Source of the DNA: an archaeon
GTDB taxonomy: Archaea > Nanobdellota > Nanobdellia > Woesearchaeales > GW2011-AR15
Reading direction: 5' to 3'
DNA: 64,000 nt
Assembly: GCA_018657065.1 (NCBI GenBank)
Contig: JABHXU010000017.1
Location: 43,067-107,066 of the forward strand
The notes beneath the pieces were generated by a model that was not told the DNA's origin, did no database searches, and saw nothing but the letters and a program-made list of their open reading frames with translations. A program made the position numbers and the translations under genes. Numbering within the stretch: position 1 is the first letter of the stretch; each line of letters begins with the position of its first letter. Positions 59,837-64,000 of the stretch are shown one piece after another.

Positions 59837-60605
59837 ACAAGTATTTTTGTATTTTTGTATGATTTTTTTAATCATAGGATTAGCTAAAGCAGTTCCTGTT
59901 CCTTTTGGAATTGATGGAACTGTTTATGGTTTGAATGGTCAAAGAGCAAATACTAGTGTAAATGTTCAAATTAAAAATCTTAATACAAGTTTTGTTGTAT
60001 CTGGAAATTTAAGAGTTGATGGGTCTTATTCAGTATCATTAATTGGAGAATCTGGAGATACAGTTATTGTTAGCATATGGACACCTTATAATTATGCAAA
60101 TAAAAGTTTTATTATTGAAAATGAAATTCATGGATTTAATTTGAGTTTAAATTTATCTTATCCTTTACCACCTAAACCTATTCCAGAAGAGGATGTAGGT
60201 CATGGTGCAAGATTTAGAAGATTTTTAAGAAGACCTAGAATAATTATTGGATTAATTGATTTACTAGATGAACCAGCACCAGAAGGATTACCTTATAGTT
60301 TAACAAATTTACAAACAGGTGAGGAAATTTTAGGAGAAATCCAAGAAGGGTTTAATGCATTTGCTGAAGTAATAGAAGGAAAAGAAGGGGATTTATTAGA
60401 ATTAAATGTGGGAGAAGATTCAGTAAACCATAGAAATGTATTTCCAATAACGGGAGAAGTTACAAGAAACGATGTGAATTTGAATGTTTCCAAATTTGAG
60501 TATGATTTAATCAATGTAAAAAACAAATATGGAGTTTTTGCTTTGATTGGTTTAAGTTTAATTATAGTACTTATTGCTGTAAAATATGTAAAAAAGAAAA
60601 AATGA
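59772..60605 (+). CDS. Secreted protein with C-terminal TM anchor (beta-sandwich/CarboxypepD_reg-like N-domain)
   Basis: Signal-like MIFLIIGLAKAVPVPFG; C-terminal VFALIGLSLIIVLIAVKYVKKKK. Confidence 0.5.
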   Translation: MKDIILIKQEVRIGHMIQKKIKQVFLYFCMIFLIIGLAKAVPVPFGIDGTVYGLNGQRANTSVNVQIKNLNTSFVVSGNLRVDGSYSVSLIGESGDTVIVSIWTPYNYANKSFIIENEIHGFNLSLNLSYPLPPKPIPEEDVGHGARFRRFLRRPRIIIGLIDLLDEPAPEGLPYSLTNLQTGEEILGEIQEGFNAFAEVIEGKEGDLLELNVGEDSVNHRNVFPITGEVTRNDVNLNVSKFEYDLINVKNKYGVFALIGLSLIIVLIAVKYVKKKK

Positions 60606-62347
60606 AAAAAACATTAATTTGGTTAACAATAGGATGTTTGATTTTAATTAGTGTTATTGCTCCACCTCCAACAGAAAAAACAATAAAAGGAGAAATTAGA
60701 CAGATAAATGGTATAGATCAAGTAGAATCAGGTCTAGAAGTTTATATTAATAATACTAATACAACCTACAACAAAACAACTCAAACGTATGGTCCTCCTG
60801 TAATGCCTGGATTATATTCTACGACAATATTGGCAAGCGAAGGTGATGTGATTTATATTGAATCACACAATGCAACTAATTGGGGTTATGTGTATGGTAT
60901 TGTAGGCAAAACTCAATTAGATATTAATGTTAATTTAAACAGGACAAGAGCATCTGAAGCTATTGTTTTAATTGAAATTCCTCAAAATAATTCTAATTTG
61001 AATACTTCAATGGATTTAAACGTAACAGTAGATATAACTATTGTAGGAGGAAATGGAATTAATTGCGAAGCAATACTTAATTTTAGTGTTGGAGGAATTT
61101 TTGGGTTAGAAGAAGGTGAAACATATGTTCATGATTTAGGAAATGTAAATAGAGGTGTAACGGCTACAGAAGTTTGGCAAATAAAAGGACTAATAGATGG
61201 AGAAACAAATATTTCAGTGCACGCTGAATGTGCATCAGATAGGCGTATTTTTGAAGATAAAAATACAGATTACGTTTATAATTTAACAAATTTAGATGTT
61301 AGTCCACCAATAATTGAAATACAATTCCCTGTTAATAATACAAAATCAAATAATCCTATTTGGATCTATTATAATGTTAGTGAAGAATCTAGTTTAGAAA
61401 ATTGTACTCTGTCACTGAATGATTTAATTGTGAATTTAACAAATGCTCCAAATAAATTGTTTTTACTAAATTTTTCAAATTTACTTTCTACAGGAGAAAA
61501 TAACGCTGAAATAAATTGTAGTGATGATTCCTCTCGTTTTAATATGGGGACATCTGGAATTTTTAATTTTAGTTTGAATAATTTTCCATTTATTTCAAGT
61601 ATTTTTACAGATAATCCAATTAATTTATTGGCAGCAAATAATAAAACAGTATATTGTAATGGGACAGCCACAGATTTAGATTCATTTAGTGATATAGTTA
61701 ATGTCAATGCATCACTTTTCTTTAAAGATTTAAATCCTGAATCAAATGATAATCGCTCAAATAAATATTCTAACACAAGTTGTACTCTTTTAAATCCTAG
61801 TGGAAATAATATAGATTTTATTTGTGGGTTTAATATTGAATATTACGCAAATAATGGAACATGGTATTGTAATGTTAGTGCAATTGATTTAATTAATAGT
61901 ACAAATTCTTCAATTGACTCAACTCTTGTGAATGATTTGCTTGCTTTAAGTGTGACAGATATAATTGATTTTAGAAGTTTAGAACCACTTCAAATAAGTC
62001 CAATTGATGTAGCATCAAATATAACGAATTTTGGAAATGTTCCTATGGATCTTAGTATATATGGATATGCTATGACAGAGGGAGATGATTTGGCTTTAGA
62101 CTGTGTCAAAGGAACTATAGGGTATGAATTTGAAAAGTTTTCAATGTTTGAATATCAAAATTTTAATATCATGCAAGCAATAAATAATTCAGCAAATGCG
62201 GTTTATGTTGATTTTAATCATACTCAAAAGGTTTATGGGGCAGCACAAAATTCCTTTAAATCTTTGTTTTGGAAGCTCCAAATTCCTTTTGCAACTGATG
62301 GTCAATGTAATGGAAAAGTAGTTATTTCGGCTATTACTAATTCTTAA
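60602..62347 (+). CDS. Secreted sequon-rich surface protein (581 aa)
   Basis: ATGA overlap with the upstream gene. Signal peptide MKKTLIWLTIGCLILISVIAPPP. Many N-x-S/T sites. Confidence 0.55.
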   Translation: MKKTLIWLTIGCLILISVIAPPPTEKTIKGEIRQINGIDQVESGLEVYINNTNTTYNKTTQTYGPPVMPGLYSTTILASEGDVIYIESHNATNWGYVYGIVGKTQLDINVNLNRTRASEAIVLIEIPQNNSNLNTSMDLNVTVDITIVGGNGINCEAILNFSVGGIFGLEEGETYVHDLGNVNRGVTATEVWQIKGLIDGETNISVHAECASDRRIFEDKNTDYVYNLTNLDVSPPIIEIQFPVNNTKSNNPIWIYYNVSEESSLENCTLSLNDLIVNLTNAPNKLFLLNFSNLLSTGENNAEINCSDDSSRFNMGTSGIFNFSLNNFPFISSIFTDNPINLLAANNKTVYCNGTATDLDSFSDIVNVNASLFFKDLNPESNDNRSNKYSNTSCTLLNPSGNNIDFICGFNIEYYANNGTWYCNVSAIDLINSTNSSIDSTLVNDLLALSVTDIIDFRSLEPLQISPIDVASNITNFGNVPMDLSIYGYAMTEGDDLALDCVKGTIGYEFEKFSMFEYQNFNIMQAINNSANAVYVDFNHTQKVYGAAQNSFKSLFWKLQIPFATDGQCNGKVVISAITNS

Positions 62348-62777
62348 TTTTTGAAGTTTTTCATATTTTTCTCGACTTATGAATTAATAATTAATTAAAT
62401 AATTAATTTGTTAATGTTGTTAGGTATTAAAATATATTAAAAAGAAAAATATATAAATGAGTTAAAATAATAATTTAAATTATAAAAGGTGAATAACAAA
62501 TTACAGTGATAAATTATAATGAGTTTCTATTTAATTCCTTTTTATTATTAATTATTGTAAATTATTATTTTATTTTAATAATTAAAGAAACGAAATATTT
62601 AAATACTAGTTGATGAATTAATATCATTAATATACAAAAAAATATACTGATCGCTTGAAATCATCAAGCTTCAGAACCGGACACATACAAAAAATCAACA
62701 AAAATCGTTGATTTTTAAGATGCTGAAAATGAAATCATTTTCAAGCATAAATAAAAATGGGGAAAAAGGGGTAAACA

Positions 62778-63320
62778 TTGGAAATTGAGTCTTTGTTCAG
62801 CAGCACTCGGTGGGAGATATTAAGAGAGCTATCAAAAAGAAAATTATCTCCCATGGAGCTTGCTTCATCCCTTAATACAACTTCTGCAAATATTTCACAA
62901 CAATTAAGACTTTTAGAGTTAGGAGGATTAGTAAAAAGTGAGAAAACCTCTAATGTTGACAAAGGTAAACCTAGAGTTATTTATTCTTTAGCTGGTGATA
63001 ATGCATATTTAATTTATGCTGGCCAAGATTTTGCTAATAAGAAACTTGTTTCTTTATCAAATTATCATAAGTTTATGATGAAATCTTGGTTTTTAGATAA
63101 TACAGAACATCATATGTTAATACCTAGAGTCTATGAGGAACTGCAACCTTATCTTAAAAAAATAAAAATAGTTGCAGCTAGCAGTGGTTCAGGTCTTAAT
63201 TTGTATATTGTAGGACAAAAATTTAATTTATCAATAGAAAAAGTGAGGATTAACTTTGTTTCTATTGAAGATTTGAAAAAGAAATCAGATATAGTGATTT
63301 TACATGGTGATATAGAATGA
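62778..63320 (+). CDS. ArsR-family wHTH regulator with C-terminal uncharacterised domain
   Basis: STRWEILRELSKRKLSPMELASSLNTTSANISQQLRLLELGGLV is a canonical ArsR HTH. Confidence 0.6.
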   Translation: MEIESLFSSTRWEILRELSKRKLSPMELASSLNTTSANISQQLRLLELGGLVKSEKTSNVDKGKPRVIYSLAGDNAYLIYAGQDFANKKLVSLSNYHKFMMKSWFLDNTEHHMLIPRVYEELQPYLKKIKIVAASSGSGLNLYIVGQKFNLSIEKVRINFVSIEDLKKKSDIVILHGDIE

Positions 63321-63402
63321 ATACATATGTTAAATTTATCGAGAAATTAGCTTTTAATCAGCTAAAAGCAGCATCTTGTGCTGCTGTTAGGAGGGGTATG
63401 CA

Positions 63403-64000
63403 ATGAAATTAGTAGGAAAAATATATTAGTTTTGACACTCACATTAATGTTAATAGCAACAGTGTTGGGTGCACCAGGAAATTCTACGATTACTGAAGGA
63501 GCTTCAGAAAAAGGACCAAGTAATCCAACAGAGGATACAACAACTGCAGAAGCAGGGAATATTACGCATTTAGATATTGATTGGACTAGAAGAACTGAAG
63601 TTTGGCAAGGTTTTTATGGAAATGTATCAGGATCTATAAGTTTACAAACAGGTGGAGGAGATGTGTTTTATGAATGGAATGCGACTACAATGCAAGGAGA
63701 AGTACTTGCAACAAGAGATTCCATAACAGATTGGAGTGCAATTAATTGTACCAATTCAACTCACTGGGAAACTGAGGAATCTGCACTAAGTATATCAACA
63801 ACGTCAGTAGAAGGAATCAATGAAACTTATGACACAACAACACATGCAGAATTTTCTATTGGTTCAAAAACATTTGATGCAAATACTTGTAGAGCAGTAA
63901 GACCATTTGTAACCGGTGGAGTAGAAGGAGCATTTTATAATATTATGCTTAACACAGATGTTGACACAACAGTATATACAGCAATATTAGCTGAAGATAC
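63403..64000 (+). CDS. Secreted sequon-rich protein, 5' part (continues beyond window); start region frameshifted at an A5 run
   Basis: AGGAGGGG SD, then ATG at 63403 (MKLVGK..) which hits a stop after 8 codons. The +1 frame continues as a signal peptide (..ILVLTLTLMLIATVLGAPGNST..) and stays open to the window end. One extra A in aaaaa (63417-63421) fuses them. Confidence 0.45.

Noticed and set aside
1-64000. CRISPR arrays, transposases, integrases, rRNA genes
   Set aside because: No direct-repeat/spacer periodicity, no DDE/tyrosine-recombinase-like ORFs, and no rRNA-like GC-rich structured segments were seen anywhere in the window.

Overview
This is an AT-rich archaeal chromosomal segment, roughly 30% GC by eye. 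Inference: the organism is probably a small-genome DPANN-type archaeon. This rests on several features: archaeal Pth2, diphthine synthase, XPD, a RecJ/GAN-like DHH nuclease, FtsZ and ribosomal protein S15; an archaeal-style tRNA-Gln beginning A1-U72; an intron-containing tRNA; and very many huge secreted proteins saturated with N-x-S/T sequons. Recognisable housekeeping genes are pth2, ftsZ, rps15, dph5, xpd, tag, pyrE, pyrC plus a pyrK remnant, a gshB-like ATP-grasp enzyme, a GH15 glucoamylase-like enzyme, a PfkB kinase, a nitroreductase, two histidine kinases, and MerR/ArsR/wHTH regulators. The rest is accessory surface biology. The locus most likely to be new is at 39.4-49.6 kb and is bracketed by three small ribbon-helix-helix (RHH) genes. 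It is a translationally coupled operon encoding a 999-aa PKD-containing surface glycoprotein and a 1366-aa membrane protein. That protein has an extracellular CarboxypepD_reg-like domain, two TM helices, a cytoplasmic HerA/FtsK-type (DUF87) ATPase and C-terminal TPR repeats. Coiled-coil and small TM partners follow. Other notable items: an 1184-aa protein made of about 20 Myxococcus-type cysteine-rich repeats plus thrombospondin type-3 repeats, carrying a near-perfect 192-bp tandem duplication; a GshB-like ligase paired with a frameshifted DUF1704 HExxH peptidase; a surface zinc metalloprotease with a cationic amphipathic tail; paired GC-rich hairpin elements; and four genes whose reading frames are broken at poly(A) tracts (A5, A5, A8, A10). 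The poly(A) breaks are most simply explained as homopolymer indels, but transcriptional slippage is an alternative. No CRISPR array, transposase or integrase was seen. Coordinates for features I called myself (not from the ORF track) may be off by 1-2 nt.
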